DNA of 64,000 nt from the sequence record LC739533.1; one strand, given 5' to 3'. The stretch comes from Escherichia phage phiWec179. Made by a program: the position numbers and the translations under genes. The notes below the pieces were generated by a model. That model did no database searches, was not told the origin of the DNA, and saw only the letters and a list, made by a program, of their open reading frames with translations. Below are positions 9,959 to 20,135 of the stretch, piece by piece. Position 1 is the first letter of the stretch. Every line of letters starts with the position of its first letter.

Positions 9959-10274
9959 TATCGAATGGAAGATGGTGCAAGGCGCACCATATAAGAAATG
10001 GGAAGAAGTGTTTAAAGGCGATCCGCAGATTGAGGATCAATTCGATGGGGATTTCAACTGGTTTCTTTACGAAGGTATTGGGTTAGTGAGTGTCTCCCCG
10101 TGGTTTGATGCAGATCCTGAAGATTGTGTCTTTGGTATTGAACTTGCGTCAGGATGCAGCGCACGGGCAATAGATCTCACAAGCTTGGATAAAAAAGCAA
10201 ACGAGATCTATTTTGAACTGCTTAATAAGTATAATATTGAGACTGAAACGTTAGTATCACAAAACGTTTGGTAA
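9948..10274 (+). CDS. hypothetical protein
   Basis: Start at ATG 9948 with RBS gaggagg. Confidence 0.5.
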   Translation: MGIDIEWKMVQGAPYKKWEEVFKGDPQIEDQFDGDFNWFLYEGIGLVSVSPWFDADPEDCVFGIELASGCSARAIDLTSLDKKANEIYFELLNKYNIETETLVSQNVW

Positions 10275-10283
10275 GGAGAACTA

Positions 10284-11276
10284 ATGCGCTATCTGGTAAC
10301 AGGTGGTCTTGGTTTTATTGGGAGCGCCGTTGTGCGCTCTCTTTGTCAAGATCCTAATAACGAAGTTTTTGTCATTGATAAAATGGGCTACGCAGCCGAT
10401 ATTGAAAATGTAGGGGATATCACTCACGCCAAACTAAGCATGACGGATTTGGCAAACGAAGCACAGGTCAAAAGTTTGGTGGTAGAATGCAACCCTGATT
10501 TCATTATTCACTTAGCGGCAGAGAGTCATGTGGACAACTCTATCAAAAATCCACGAGCTTTCATCGACTCCAATATCATCGGTACATATAATTTACTGGA
10601 AGCTGCGAGACTACTCCCAAGGAATAAGCTGAAGATGTTTGTACACGTCTCCACAGACGAAGTGTACGGCGATATGGCAGACTCTGGCGCTCCCTTTACC
10701 GAAGAGACAGCATATACTCCTTCAAGCCCGTACAGCGCGTCCAAGGCGGCTTCTGATCATCTTGTGAAAGCTTGGCACCGTACTTATGACTTGCCTGTAG
10801 TGATAACTAATTGCTCCAATAATTTTGGACCTTACCAATACCCTGAAAAATTGATTCCAAAAGTAATCACAAGCATCTTGACGAACAAAGAAATCCCAGT
10901 GTATGGTAAAGGTGATCAGGTACGAGACTGGCTTTTTGTTGAGGACCATGCACGAGCTATTCTTCAGGTAGCTTCTGGCGGCGAACCTGGACAAACTTAC
11001 AACGTAGGTACACGTAATCCTAAAACCAATATGGAGATCATCTATATGATTTGTGATTACATGGATGCCGTACACCCGCAAAGTGGAACCTACCCCTCTT
11101 CAAGTTTAATAACTTTTGTTGAAGATCGTAAAGGACATGACTTGCATTATGAAATCAACCCTGCTAAGATTGAATCTGAACTGGGTTGGAGTGCAAACTC
11201 CACATTTGAACAAGACCTTTACTCTACGATAGAGTGGTATTTAAACAACCCTCAATGGTGGAGAGAAAAGATTTAA
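10284..11276 (+). CDS. rfbB: dTDP-glucose 4,6-dehydratase
   Basis: TGGLGFIGS Rossmann motif, YSASK catalytic YxxxK, about 330 aa SDR-extended. Confidence 0.9.
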   Translation: MRYLVTGGLGFIGSAVVRSLCQDPNNEVFVIDKMGYAADIENVGDITHAKLSMTDLANEAQVKSLVVECNPDFIIHLAAESHVDNSIKNPRAFIDSNIIGTYNLLEAARLLPRNKLKMFVHVSTDEVYGDMADSGAPFTEETAYTPSSPYSASKAASDHLVKAWHRTYDLPVVITNCSNNFGPYQYPEKLIPKVITSILTNKEIPVYGKGDQVRDWLFVEDHARAILQVASGGEPGQTYNVGTRNPKTNMEIIYMICDYMDAVHPQSGTYPSSSLITFVEDRKGHDLHYEINPAKIESELGWSANSTFEQDLYSTIEWYLNNPQWWREKI

Positions 11277-11284
11277 GGAGGGTT

Positions 11285-12163
11285 ATGAAAGGTATTATTT
11301 TGGCTGGAGGAAGTGGAACCCGCCTACATCCAGTAACACGCAGTGTGAGCAAGCAATTGCTCCCTGTGTATGACAAACCTATGATTTATTATCCTTTATC
11401 AGTCTTGATGTTGGCAGATATTAAGGATATCTTAATCATCACAACCCCAGGCGATCAGGAAGATTTTGAGTATCTTCTTGGAGATGGATCTATGTTTGGG
11501 ATAAAGATCACTTACGCAATGCAGTCTGAACCACGAGGTCTTGCAGATGCTTTCATCATTGGTAAAGATTTCATTGGGGAAGATTCTGTTGCCCTTATTT
11601 TAGGGGATAACTTGTTCTTCGGACAAAGTTTCGGAAAACTTCTTATCCAAGCCAGCGAAATGGTGGATGTTTGGGGTGGAGCTTGTATCTTCGGGTATCT
11701 GGTGAAAGATCCTGAACGATTCGGTGTTGTTGAGTTTGGAAGTAATCGCCAAGCTATCTCTATTGAAGAGAAACCGGAACATCCTAAATCAGACTATGCT
11801 GTCACGGGTTTGTATTTCTATGACAACTCTGTTGTTCAACGTGCATTGGAAGTAACCCCTTCCGAGCGTGGAGAACTGGAGATCACAGATATCAATCGCA
11901 GCTACCTCGAAGACAGGAAGTTACAAGTTGAAGTTCTTGGAAGAGGATTCACTTGGTTGGATACAGGGACACACGCCAGTCTAATGGAAGCAGGTCAATT
12001 CGTGCAGACTATTGAGAACTGCCAAGGATTGAAGATTGCGTGCCTGGAAGAGATCGCTTTCAAAAAAGGGTGGATTTCTTTAGAGACTTTGGTGTATCAT
12101 GGCAACTCATTGAAGAAAACAGAGTACGGGCAATATTTGTTAAAATTAGCGGAGGGTAAATGA
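11285..12163 (+). CDS. rfbA: glucose-1-phosphate thymidylyltransferase
   Basis: [37 protein letters not shown]-terminus typical of RmlA; start at ATG 11285. Confidence 0.9.
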   Translation: MKGIILAGGSGTRLHPVTRSVSKQLLPVYDKPMIYYPLSVLMLADIKDILIITTPGDQEDFEYLLGDGSMFGIKITYAMQSEPRGLADAFIIGKDFIGEDSVALILGDNLFFGQSFGKLLIQASEMVDVWGGACIFGYLVKDPERFGVVEFGSNRQAISIEEKPEHPKSDYAVTGLYFYDNSVVQRALEVTPSERGELEITDINRSYLEDRKLQVEVLGRGFTWLDTGTHASLMEAGQFVQTIENCQGLKIACLEEIAFKKGWISLETLVYHGNSLKKTEYGQYLLKLAEGK

Positions 12164-12720
12164 AAATAAAAGAATTAAGTATTCCTGGTCTGGTTGTCTT
12201 TAAACCTCAAGTTTACAAAGATGATCGTGGTTACTTCACGGAGACGTTTAACGAGAAGATTTACGAAGAGGTTATTGGCAAACAAACGTTTGTTCAGGAT
12301 AACCATTCATTCTCTACTTTAGGTGTTCTTCGCGGAATGCACTTTCAAGTAAACAATCCGCAAGGTAAGCTTGTACGTTGCACACGAGGTGAAGTTTTTG
12401 ACGTGGCTGTAGATCTTCGTGAAGGTAGTCCAACCTTCGGACAATGGGAAGGTGTGATTCTTAGTGGGCGTAACAATAAACAGTTTTGGATTCCACCTGG
12501 CTTTGCACATGGTTTTGTTGTAACCTCTTATGAAGCCAACTTTGAATACAAGTGCACCAACTACTACGATCCGGCATCTGAACGTAGTTTGTTGTGGAAC
12601 GATCCTACTGTGAATATTGATTGGGGTTTTGATATGATTTTCAATGATGAGAATTTTGTACCTATCATTTCGGAAAAGGATGCACAAGCTAAAACACTGA
12701 AGGAGCTTATGGAATCATGA
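12160..12720 (+). CDS. rfbC: dTDP-4-dehydrorhamnose 3,5-epimerase
   Basis: 186 aa; [18 protein letters not shown] cupin block typical of RmlC. Confidence 0.85.
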   Translation: MKIKELSIPGLVVFKPQVYKDDRGYFTETFNEKIYEEVIGKQTFVQDNHSFSTLGVLRGMHFQVNNPQGKLVRCTRGEVFDVAVDLREGSPTFGQWEGVILSGRNNKQFWIPPGFAHGFVVTSYEANFEYKCTNYYDPASERSLLWNDPTVNIDWGFDMIFNDENFVPIISEKDAQAKTLKELMES

Positions 12721-13559
12721 AAACATATTTAGTATTGGGTGGTAATGGTCAATTAGGTCAGGCACTGCGTAAAGTGGTGCCGGAGAATGTGACTTTGGTG
12801 TATCCAGAAAAGCGTGTAGATATCACCAGTTTCGAAGCTGTAAGAAAAGCGATCATGGACACCCCAAATATTAACGGTGTTATCAACTGTGCGGCATACA
12901 CTGCGGTGGACAAAGCAGAGACAGATGTTGATGCAGCTATGGCTGTAAATTTACACGGGGCAGCTAATATTGCTGCCTTCTGTAAGGCTTGGGATATTGA
13001 CATGGTGCATATTTCTACTGACTATGTGTTCAACAGCGATAAACCGTTGTTCCATCAGGATGAACCCAACCCTATCAATGTTTACGGGTTATCTAAAAGT
13101 TTGGGTGAAGCTGCTGTTCGTGGTATCTACCATAAAGCTTTTATTATCCGCACGGCTTCTGTGTATAGCGAGTTTGGTAACAACTTCCTGAAGACTATGG
13201 TGTCTCGTTACAACGATGGTCAAAGAGACTTCTCGGTAGTTGCAGATCAAACATCTCGACCAACTTATGCCCCAGATTTGGCTAAGATGATTTTCCAAGT
13301 GTTGGAAACAGGATATAACACCCGTACTTTGCATTACGCTGGGAACATCACTGTTTCGTGGCACCAGTTCGCAAAAATGATATTGACACGTATGCCTGAA
13401 TCTGTTATTATACACCCGACCTCTGCTGCAACCTATAATTCGGCAGCGATGCGACCAGCAAAGTCTATACTAATTACGTCTGGTTGGAACGAACCTTCAA
13501 GCGTCGGACAAGGTATTGAAGAATCTTTAGCAGTATTACTTAATAAGGAGAGAGCATGA
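12717..13559 (+). CDS. rfbD: dTDP-4-dehydrorhamnose reductase
   Basis: LVLGGNGQLGQAL Rossmann motif, about 280 aa, directly after rfbC. Confidence 0.85.
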   Translation: MKTYLVLGGNGQLGQALRKVVPENVTLVYPEKRVDITSFEAVRKAIMDTPNINGVINCAAYTAVDKAETDVDAAMAVNLHGAANIAAFCKAWDIDMVHISTDYVFNSDKPLFHQDEPNPINVYGLSKSLGEAAVRGIYHKAFIIRTASVYSEFGNNFLKTMVSRYNDGQRDFSVVADQTSRPTYAPDLAKMIFQVLETGYNTRTLHYAGNITVSWHQFAKMILTRMPESVIIHPTSAATYNSAAMRPAKSILITSGWNEPSSVGQGIEESLAVLLNKERA

Positions 13560-13816
13560 ATTTTGTAATTTACGGCAAACCAAATTGCCAGTTCTGTGAA
13601 ATGTCCAAACAACTCTTAACTATGCGTGAAAAAGAGTTTGAATATCTGACATTAGATCAGGACTATGATTTTGAAGTGATGACTCAAGCAGTGATCGCAG
13701 CAACAGGAATTGCACCTCGCACCTTCCCGCAGATTTTTGTGGAAGAGCTTGGAGCAGTAACCCACGTAGGCGGTTTTACCGAACTGCGTGATTTCATGGC
13801 TCAAATTGCGGAGTAA
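13556..13816 (+). CDS. glutaredoxin/NrdH-like redoxin
   Basis: 86 aa, N-terminal CQFC redox motif in thioredoxin-fold context. Confidence 0.65.
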   Translation: MNFVIYGKPNCQFCEMSKQLLTMREKEFEYLTLDQDYDFEVMTQAVIAATGIAPRTFPQIFVEELGAVTHVGGFTELRDFMAQIAE

Positions 13817-13821
13817 TATAA

Positions 13822-13971
13822 ATGAAAAGTAAACAGAAACGTAAGATCTTTTCTCGTGCTTTAGCAAACGAGCTTAAGTCCAACACAAAGAAGACGAAAC
13901 CGAAACGTGAGACTTCTCCTGAACATTTACTGTTTGACGAACTGGATCACGGAGTAGAGGACGACGAATAA
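13822..13971 (+). CDS. small basic protein (49 aa)
   Basis: Not in track; MKSKQKRKIFSR..; weak RBS. Confidence 0.3.
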   Translation: MKSKQKRKIFSRALANELKSNTKKTKPKRETSPEHLLFDELDHGVEDDE

Positions 13972-13979
13972 AGGAAAAC

Positions 13980-14483
13980 ATGGCTAAAAAAGTAGTAGAT
14001 GAGTTTGACATGTTGGCTGTTGATGAAGGACTGAAGCTGACTGTTTACCCAGACACCTTGGGATATTGGACAGTCGGCATTGGACACCTCTTAACTAAAA
14101 AGAAAGATAAGGCGGAAGCTATTCGTATTCTGGATGCTCTTGTTGGTCGCAAGACTAACGGAGTTATCACAGAGAAAGAAGCCCGTGCTATCTTTGCTGA
14201 CGATGTTGAAAAGGCGAAAAAACAGATTAAAAACAGTTCCATTCTTGCCCCAATTTATGATAAGGTGAGTGAAACCCGTAAACTGGCAATCATCAATATG
14301 GTGTTCCAGTTGGGGTTAACAGGAACGGAAGGCTTTAAAAATAGCTTGACTTTAATCAGTAATTCGTACTATACTCAAGCTGGTAAAAACATGAGAGCCA
14401 GTAAATGGTACTCTCAAACGCCAAACCGTGCAGAACGAGTAATCAAGGTTCTAACATCTGGGACTCTTGATTCTTACAACTAA
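13980..14483 (+). CDS. T4-type lysozyme (GH24 endolysin)
   Basis: DEGLKLTVYPDTLGYWTVGIGHLL..LINMVFQLG..SKWYSQTPNRAERVI closely parallels T4 lysozyme e. Confidence 0.9.
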   Translation: MAKKVVDEFDMLAVDEGLKLTVYPDTLGYWTVGIGHLLTKKKDKAEAIRILDALVGRKTNGVITEKEARAIFADDVEKAKKQIKNSSILAPIYDKVSETRKLAIINMVFQLGLTGTEGFKNSLTLISNSYYTQAGKNMRASKWYSQTPNRAERVIKVLTSGTLDSYN

Positions 14484-14520
14484 CAAAGGGGCGCAAGCCC
14501 CTTCTATAAGGAGTGCTACT

Positions 14521-15276
14521 ATGGGAAAAACAGCTACCGCTAAATCACCGCGCCAGAAGTTAGCTTCTAATGCGAAAGTAGAAAGTCGTTATGCTGCAAA
14601 AGCAGTTGGAAATGATGACTATCGTTTAGATGGGTTTTCACCAGAAGGAGATCAGCAGCAAATCGTTCAAAGTATGATCTGGAATGATCTTACAGTCGTA
14701 AATGCTCCAGCAGGGACAGGCAAGACTTCCGTGACTTTATGGAAAGCTTTGCAGATGCTTCGAGCAGGAGATTTCCGTAAGCTTCTTTTTATTAAAAACC
14801 CGACTGAAGTTGGTGATGATCAGATTGGTTTCCTTTCAGGAGATAAAACTGATAAACTGGCGGCGCACTACGAATCAACCAAACGAATCTTCCAGCAGTT
14901 TATGACTGCAAACAAATTAGAGAATGATATTGGTTCCGGTAAGATTGAACTTAATATCCCGAACTACCTACTGGGTGCTACCCTGGACAACACTATTGTG
15001 ATCATTGATGAAGCACAGCTTATGTCTCCAGAAACATTAAAACTTCTGGTAGAGCGTGCAGGGATCAACACTCATGTTGTTGTTCTTGGAGATGTTCGTC
15101 AAACCTACGCTATCAAGAAGCGTGCAAACGGTTTGAAAGATCTTCTTGACAAAGTTGCCCCTGAAGGTGAAGATGGTGTTCGTGTCCCTCTGGTAGACTT
15201 TATCGGTTATGTGCAGTTAACCACAGATGACAACAAACGATCTCGTTTGTCTAAGTTCATCACGGAAATTTATTAA
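14521..15276 (+). CDS. phoH: PhoH-like ATPase
   Basis: Walker A APAGTGKTS, Walker B VIIDEAQ; start at ATG 14521 with RBS aaggag. Confidence 0.85.
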   Translation: MGKTATAKSPRQKLASNAKVESRYAAKAVGNDDYRLDGFSPEGDQQQIVQSMIWNDLTVVNAPAGTGKTSVTLWKALQMLRAGDFRKLLFIKNPTEVGDDQIGFLSGDKTDKLAAHYESTKRIFQQFMTANKLENDIGSGKIELNIPNYLLGATLDNTIVIIDEAQLMSPETLKLLVERAGINTHVVVLGDVRQTYAIKKRANGLKDLLDKVAPEGEDGVRVPLVDFIGYVQLTTDDNKRSRLSKFITEIY

Positions 15277-15315
15277 TAACAAAAAAGCAAGGATGCTTTA
15301 TTAAAGGGAGGGTCG

Positions 15316-15813
15316 ATGGTACAGACAATTATAGATCGGACTGGTATTGATGAATGTTACCAAACTGGGCTTGTGAAGCCTAACGAGTTCCGACAGATTT
15401 GCGTGAATCATATTGAGAAAGAAATTGCACTAACTTTGGAGAACCTTACTCTCCGAGACAAGCTGTCAATGTTTGTGGCTTGGTGTAAAGGTGAAGATTG
15501 GTTATTGGCCCATTTTCAAGAACTTTCTGATAGTCAAGAAGGCTTATATGAATGTATAATAGGAATAGCTGGCTCCAATCCTGAACTTCTCCATTTGGAA
15601 GAAGAAGAGGCGAAGTTATTGTTCTTAAGCAACATGTTCAATCGTAAAGCATTGCTTGTTCGTGAGTGTAGTGATCTTTTAAATCATCCACTGGCGATCA
15701 CAAACGAAATACTGGTTGACAAAGAGACATTACGTGCGATAGACTATCTGCGCAAGTATGTCAACGGCGGGAAAGCAGTTCTTAAAACATTAACAGAGGA
15801 GGAAGCAGAATGA
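15316..15813 (+). CDS. hypothetical protein
   Basis: 165-aa ORF, RBS aagggagg. Confidence 0.55.
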   Translation: MVQTIIDRTGIDECYQTGLVKPNEFRQICVNHIEKEIALTLENLTLRDKLSMFVAWCKGEDWLLAHFQELSDSQEGLYECIIGIAGSNPELLHLEEEEAKLLFLSNMFNRKALLVRECSDLLNHPLAITNEILVDKETLRAIDYLRKYVNGGKAVLKTLTEEEAE

Positions 15814-16499
15814 CTACAATTATCGCAACCAAAAACAAGATCCTTAGCGACGGTAAAGTAACTTTCGGTGGTCGTGTAGATTCAACCAATTTCAAGAAAG
15901 TACGTAAGATTGGGGATTATCTCGTAGGTGGCGCAGGGCGTTTGACTTCGGTATTAGCTTTCTTCCAGTGGTTCGAACAGAACCTGCAATGTGAAGCGGC
16001 GCGTGAGGCAGTGCCTGGGTTGATGATCAGTTCTAACCCTGATCGTGAAGATGAAGAGTTTATTGCTCTCGTTGTTCACCCAGACGGACGTATTTTCCTG
16101 CATGAAGGTAATGATCCTACTCGTGCATACCCAATCGACGAAGAATACTACGCAGTAGGTAGTGGTTCCGATTTCGCGCTCGCAGCACTGGACGGCGGTG
16201 CTTCTCCAGAAGCTGCTATGGAGGTTGCCAAGAAGCGTGACGCATACTCCGGTGGCGAAACCTTCGTTGAAGAATTAGATGAGATCATTGAACTGACTGA
16301 CGAAGATCTCGAAAACTTCACCAAACAAGAACTGATCAACCTGCTCAAGTTTGGTGATCCTTCTGGTGAAGAAACTCCTCGTGACGTGGCAGGTGACGAG
16401 ACGGTAGAAGAAGAGGTTGCTGTAGAAAAAGACTTGACTTCTAAACCGGAAAATATTAATCTCGTAAACGTAGCGGATTTCGACAATCCCGCTGCTTAA
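15810..16499 (+). CDS. HslV/proteasome-like Ntn peptidase with acidic C-terminal tail
   Basis: MTTIIA (Thr nucleophile after Met), FKKVRKI, VGGAGR, AVGSGSDFALAAL parallel E. coli HslV blocks; extra about 60-aa acidic tail. Confidence 0.6.
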   Translation: MTTIIATKNKILSDGKVTFGGRVDSTNFKKVRKIGDYLVGGAGRLTSVLAFFQWFEQNLQCEAAREAVPGLMISSNPDREDEEFIALVVHPDGRIFLHEGNDPTRAYPIDEEYYAVGSGSDFALAALDGGASPEAAMEVAKKRDAYSGGETFVEELDEIIELTDEDLENFTKQELINLLKFGDPSGEETPRDVAGDETVEEEVAVEKDLTSKPENINLVNVADFDNPAA

Positions 16500-16504
16500 T
16501 AAAA

Positions 16505-16527
16505 CTGCCCCTTCGGGGGCATTTCTT
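16505..16527 (+). terminator. rho-independent terminator (GCCCC-TTCG-GGGGC)
   Basis: Hairpin plus T-rich tract after HslV-like gene. Confidence 0.5.
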
Positions 16528-16544
16528 ACACAGAGGAGATTATT

Positions 16545-16982
16545 ATGTTGAACGTTCCTGTTAAATTCGTCGATAGCTGTGTTAATGCTTACCAACAAAC
16601 TTGTAAACGTGCCTCAAACTGTTTGCAGTCTTTGATTCAAACGCGGTACGTGATCCAAAAGAAAAGAAAGTGGTTTGGTAAGGATTCTTATAGTGTTAAT
16701 GCGTTTGGGGAGTATCAACTCCAATATGACGATAACATGCAGCACATCTTAGAGTTTTTACTGATAAAAGATAAAATCTCCCCTGCGGATTACCAGTTAC
16801 TTAAATTCTACGATCAGAGTTTGTCTATTGAGGAAGTTATTGAAGATATCCTTTCTCGTAAGACAGATAAGAACACTATTGGTATTACAAACTTAGAGAT
16901 GCAATTGCTTAATGAGATCTTTTTGTTTGTGGAAGATGAGTCTGTAACTAAGGAGGAGCTTTTAAATGGCTTTAAGCTATGA
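16545..16982 (+). CDS. hypothetical protein
   Basis: 145-aa ORF, RBS gaggag. Confidence 0.55.
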   Translation: MLNVPVKFVDSCVNAYQQTCKRASNCLQSLIQTRYVIQKKRKWFGKDSYSVNAFGEYQLQYDDNMQHILEFLLIKDKISPADYQLLKFYDQSLSIEEVIEDILSRKTDKNTIGITNLEMQLLNEIFLFVEDESVTKEELLNGFKL

Positions 16983-17475
16983 TCGTCCAGAGTCCGATTA
17001 CTATCCGACTCCGCAAAAAGCGATTAACTCGTTATTTAGCATTATTGATTTTAAAAATTTGAAAGAGGAAGGATTTACATTTGCAGAACCGTGTAAAGGA
17101 CAAGCAGCGGCTATTTACCGTCACTTCCCTGAAGGTTCTCAGTATTGTGAGCTTGAAGAAGGTAAAGATTATTTTAGTCACGTATGGGAAAATCGTCCCG
17201 ACATTATAATCACTAACCCCCCGTTCAAGCTGGCATTAGAGTTCTTGGAAAAGAGCTTGAAAGAAGCAGACGTATCAGTCTACCTGCTTCGCTTGGGATT
17301 CCTTGAGTCAAAGAAACGTCGAGCGTTTCATCAAGAAAACCCACCTACGAATTTGATTGTACTCTCCGAACGTCCTTCGTTCGTAGCGGGTGGAACAGAT
17401 AAGACAGCGTATGCTTGGTACGTATACGATCCAAAACAAATTTTGGGTCTAACTCAACCATTTTATTTCGTTTAA
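16966..17475 (+). CDS. DNA N6-adenine methyltransferase (small phage Dam-like)
   Basis: DYYPTP and ITNPPF motifs. Confidence 0.75.
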   Translation: MALSYDRPESDYYPTPQKAINSLFSIIDFKNLKEEGFTFAEPCKGQAAAIYRHFPEGSQYCELEEGKDYFSHVWENRPDIIITNPPFKLALEFLEKSLKEADVSVYLLRLGFLESKKRRAFHQENPPTNLIVLSERPSFVAGGTDKTAYAWYVYDPKQILGLTQPFYFV

Positions 17476-17485
17476 GGAGCACACT

Positions 17486-17722
17486 ATGGCTAAATTTATT
17501 ATGACCGTTTCTATTGATTTTGATGATGAGGACGGAGGCATTAACTTAGGTATTGCTCAGAACCTGGAAGGGGATTTGAACCCGACAGAAGCAGCTATGG
17601 CGGTATTCTTTAAAGATGCCATAACAGCCACAGCAACGCATTCTGCAAATCAAACTGTAGATTACGGTAGCATGGTTCAAGCCTTGGTTGATGCTCAAAA
17701 CGGTGAAGATTGGGATGATTAA
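17486..17722 (+). CDS. hypothetical acidic protein
   Basis: 78-aa ORF, RBS aaggag. Confidence 0.5.
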   Translation: MAKFIMTVSIDFDDEDGGINLGIAQNLEGDLNPTEAAMAVFFKDAITATATHSANQTVDYGSMVQALVDAQNGEDWDD

Positions 17723-17925
17723 TGGCTTACAATTATTATTGCGTTTACGCAAATGAAGCAAAGAAAGGCGACACTGGCACTAATGTCTATGCAGAATCAG
17801 AAATACATGCAAAAGAAATTGGTGCGATCCTTCTGTCACGTTGGACAGGTGGTAACTATTCTGCTGCGGATTTGTTCGCAGAAATGGATGACACCATCCA
17901 AGAAGATACCATCACCACAACCTGA
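17722..17925 (+). CDS. hypothetical protein
   Basis: 67-aa ORF, ATGA-coupled to previous. Confidence 0.5.
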   Translation: MAYNYYCVYANEAKKGDTGTNVYAESEIHAKEIGAILLSRWTGGNYSAADLFAEMDDTIQEDTITTT

Positions 17926-17946
17926 TATTGCTTGAAGTAGTTGGTA

Positions 17947-17977
17947 CTCTCCTTGTTTCGGCAAGGAGGGTATTTTT
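17947..17977 (+). terminator. putative rho-independent terminator
   Basis: CTCTCCTTG/CAAGGAGGG stem (one mismatch) + TATTTTT. Confidence 0.4.
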
Positions 17978-17989
17978 AAGGAGGAAATT

Positions 17990-18181
17990 ATGCAGGAGAA
18001 TGAAGAGATAGTTGTTAAAAAGTTCCCGACACGTACACAGGCAGTCAACTTTGCCTCTGATTTGCTTTTGGATGTGGAAGGAGTTCTCATTAGACATGAA
18101 GGGGATTCCTGGAATGTCTCTTATAATGTAAACAGATCAATTATATATTTAGGAGAAGAGAACTTCTCTCGTATAGAGTGA
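17990..18181 (+). CDS. hypothetical protein
   Basis: 63-aa ORF, RBS aaggagg. Confidence 0.5.
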   Translation: MQENEEIVVKKFPTRTQAVNFASDLLLDVEGVLIRHEGDSWNVSYNVNRSIIYLGEENFSRIE

Positions 18182-18195
18182 TCGAAGGAGCAATT

Positions 18196-18768
18196 ATGCG
18201 TTCTACTTACACAGGTAAGATTAATTCTGGTATCATTTTAGCAGCAGCAGGAATCATCAGCAAAACTTTCAAAGTGGCAAACCTACCAGAGTGTGTAGAT
18301 TTTGACCACGTATTCAATCCATTAAATCCTTCTCGTTGTGTTGTTCGTAGCAACGTTGAGAATCCAAATGAGAACTTGTTTTATGTAACATCACCTTCAC
18401 AAAGTATTCTAAACCAAGTGGAGGCTAAAATTATTACCGAAGGTAGTTATTTCTCATTGCTACCTTGTAAATCGGTGGAGATTGAAGATAGTATCACCTT
18501 CGCAAATAACTTGGTCTTGACCATGTTCATGGTTTCTGATAAAGACTGTGGAGACGATATGGTTTTAGCTGTAAGGAATGTTTATGACACATTGGGTATT
18601 GCTTATAGCTGTAAGTTGTGCGATGATTATAAATCTTGTTCAGACTTTTACATAAATGGTGTTCGGGTATGCCGTGTTGAATCCTACTGGGTGCAAGACA
18701 CATACATAACAGTAGCGAACGTGATCAATGAACCTATGTTCAGCCACGCTTTAGCGTTAATCATTTGA
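18196..18768 (+). CDS. hypothetical cysteine-rich protein
   Basis: Start at ATG 18196 with RBS gaaggag. Confidence 0.55.
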   Translation: MRSTYTGKINSGIILAAAGIISKTFKVANLPECVDFDHVFNPLNPSRCVVRSNVENPNENLFYVTSPSQSILNQVEAKIITEGSYFSLLPCKSVEIEDSITFANNLVLTMFMVSDKDCGDDMVLAVRNVYDTLGIAYSCKLCDDYKSCSDFYINGVRVCRVESYWVQDTYITVANVINEPMFSHALALII

Positions 18769-18778
18769 GGAGGAAGGA

Positions 18779-19108
18779 ATGGAAATTACTACAGAACAGG
18801 CTCTTATCGACGAAGGGCGTAAAATCTTAGAGAAGCATTTGGGAGATATACATCAAACCCCTGGCTACTTAGGGTGGCGCATGGTTGAAGCTGTAGATTT
18901 CCTTCCTCGTACAAAACAAGACGTTGAAATGCGTTCTCTGTTCTTGCTTGTCAAAGTAGACGGGGATACGCCTTTCAAACTCGCAGCTTCACACATTGAG
19001 AAGGTGGAGGAGAAAGCTTATTCAGAGTTTGCCGAACTCGTATTACAGGAGGATCTCGAAGGGAAGGTAAACATTTTTATTTTTCTGGATTTTGAGGAGG
19101 AGATATGA
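18779..19108 (+). CDS. hypothetical protein
   Basis: 109-aa ORF, RBS gaggagg. Confidence 0.55.
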   Translation: MEITTEQALIDEGRKILEKHLGDIHQTPGYLGWRMVEAVDFLPRTKQDVEMRSLFLLVKVDGDTPFKLAASHIEKVEEKAYSEFAELVLQEDLEGKVNIFIFLDFEEEI

Positions 19109-19842
19109 TTTTATATAAAGAGATTACCGTGGAGCAGGATCAAGACCTCTTCATCATCGGGGACTTACATGGTTGCTACGATCTTTACTTGAAAGGTAAG
19201 AATTATCTTGGTATCCGAGATACAGATGTGGTTGTGTCTCTCGGAGATTTGACAGATCGCGGTAAACAAAACTTCAAATGTGTTGTGGAATTTACACGCA
19301 AAGAGAATCGTTATGCGCTTTGTGGTAATCACGAAGATATGATGATTAAAGGCTTACTGGAAGGGGATCGTCGTTACTACGAATGTTGGTATCAGAACGG
19401 TGGTCATACAGTGTTGGCAGAATGTGATGAAGAAGGCTCTACATTACTTGCTACGATGGTCGAGGACAACCCTGTGGTTTTGGTTGTGAATTACCGAGGT
19501 ATGAAGTTAGGGTTTATTCATGGCGGATATCCTTCCTCTTTTGAATATATTCCGCTGACAGACATACCGCACCTACGTATGAACAAAGCAAGAGAGGCTA
19601 CTTTTGCTGAAGCTTTGATGTGGGATCGTGACATGGTGGAGTGTGCTAAAGAAGGTATGAAACTTCCGGTTGTTATGGGTGTTGATTATGTGTTTCACGG
19701 GCACTCTTATGTGAAAGAACCTTTGATCAATGCTAATCGTGTTTATATGGACACTGGGTCTGTTTTCAATAACAACTTAACGTTTGCCTATTTTGATGCA
19801 GACGGTGGACTTCAGTTTTATTCAACTTTACAGGAGGATTAA
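19105..19842 (+). CDS. Ser/Thr protein phosphatase (PPP-family metallophosphatase)
   Basis: GDLHG, GDLTDRG, GNHE signature motifs. Confidence 0.85.
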   Translation: MILYKEITVEQDQDLFIIGDLHGCYDLYLKGKNYLGIRDTDVVVSLGDLTDRGKQNFKCVVEFTRKENRYALCGNHEDMMIKGLLEGDRRYYECWYQNGGHTVLAECDEEGSTLLATMVEDNPVVLVVNYRGMKLGFIHGGYPSSFEYIPLTDIPHLRMNKAREATFAEALMWDRDMVECAKEGMKLPVVMGVDYVFHGHSYVKEPLINANRVYMDTGSVFNNNLTFAYFDADGGLQFYSTLQED

Positions 19843-20135
19843 TGTATAAAATTACAATCGTAGAATCTGTGGGTGAGATTCGTAAAGAAATTATTCTGGA
19901 GACGGAAGATCTGGAACTGGTACGTGAAATCATAATTGGTAAGAATGTAGACAAGGTGGAGTCGGACGCACCCAACCTGATGATCGATGACCAATATGCA
20001 GAATTTCGTCGTATTTTTGAGGAAGAAAGGAAGAAGTGGGGCAAAGAACCAAACGTTTTTCGTCCTTATAATCCGTATCCTTCTGGTGATCCGTGGATCA
20101 TGACTAACAGAAACCCGTTTGAAATAACCTGTTGA
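19842..20135 (+). CDS. hypothetical protein
   Basis: 97-aa ORF, ATGA-coupled. Confidence 0.55.
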   Translation: MYKITIVESVGEIRKEIILETEDLELVREIIIGKNVDKVESDAPNLMIDDQYAEFRRIFEEERKKWGKEPNVFRPYNPYPSGDPWIMTNRNPFEITC

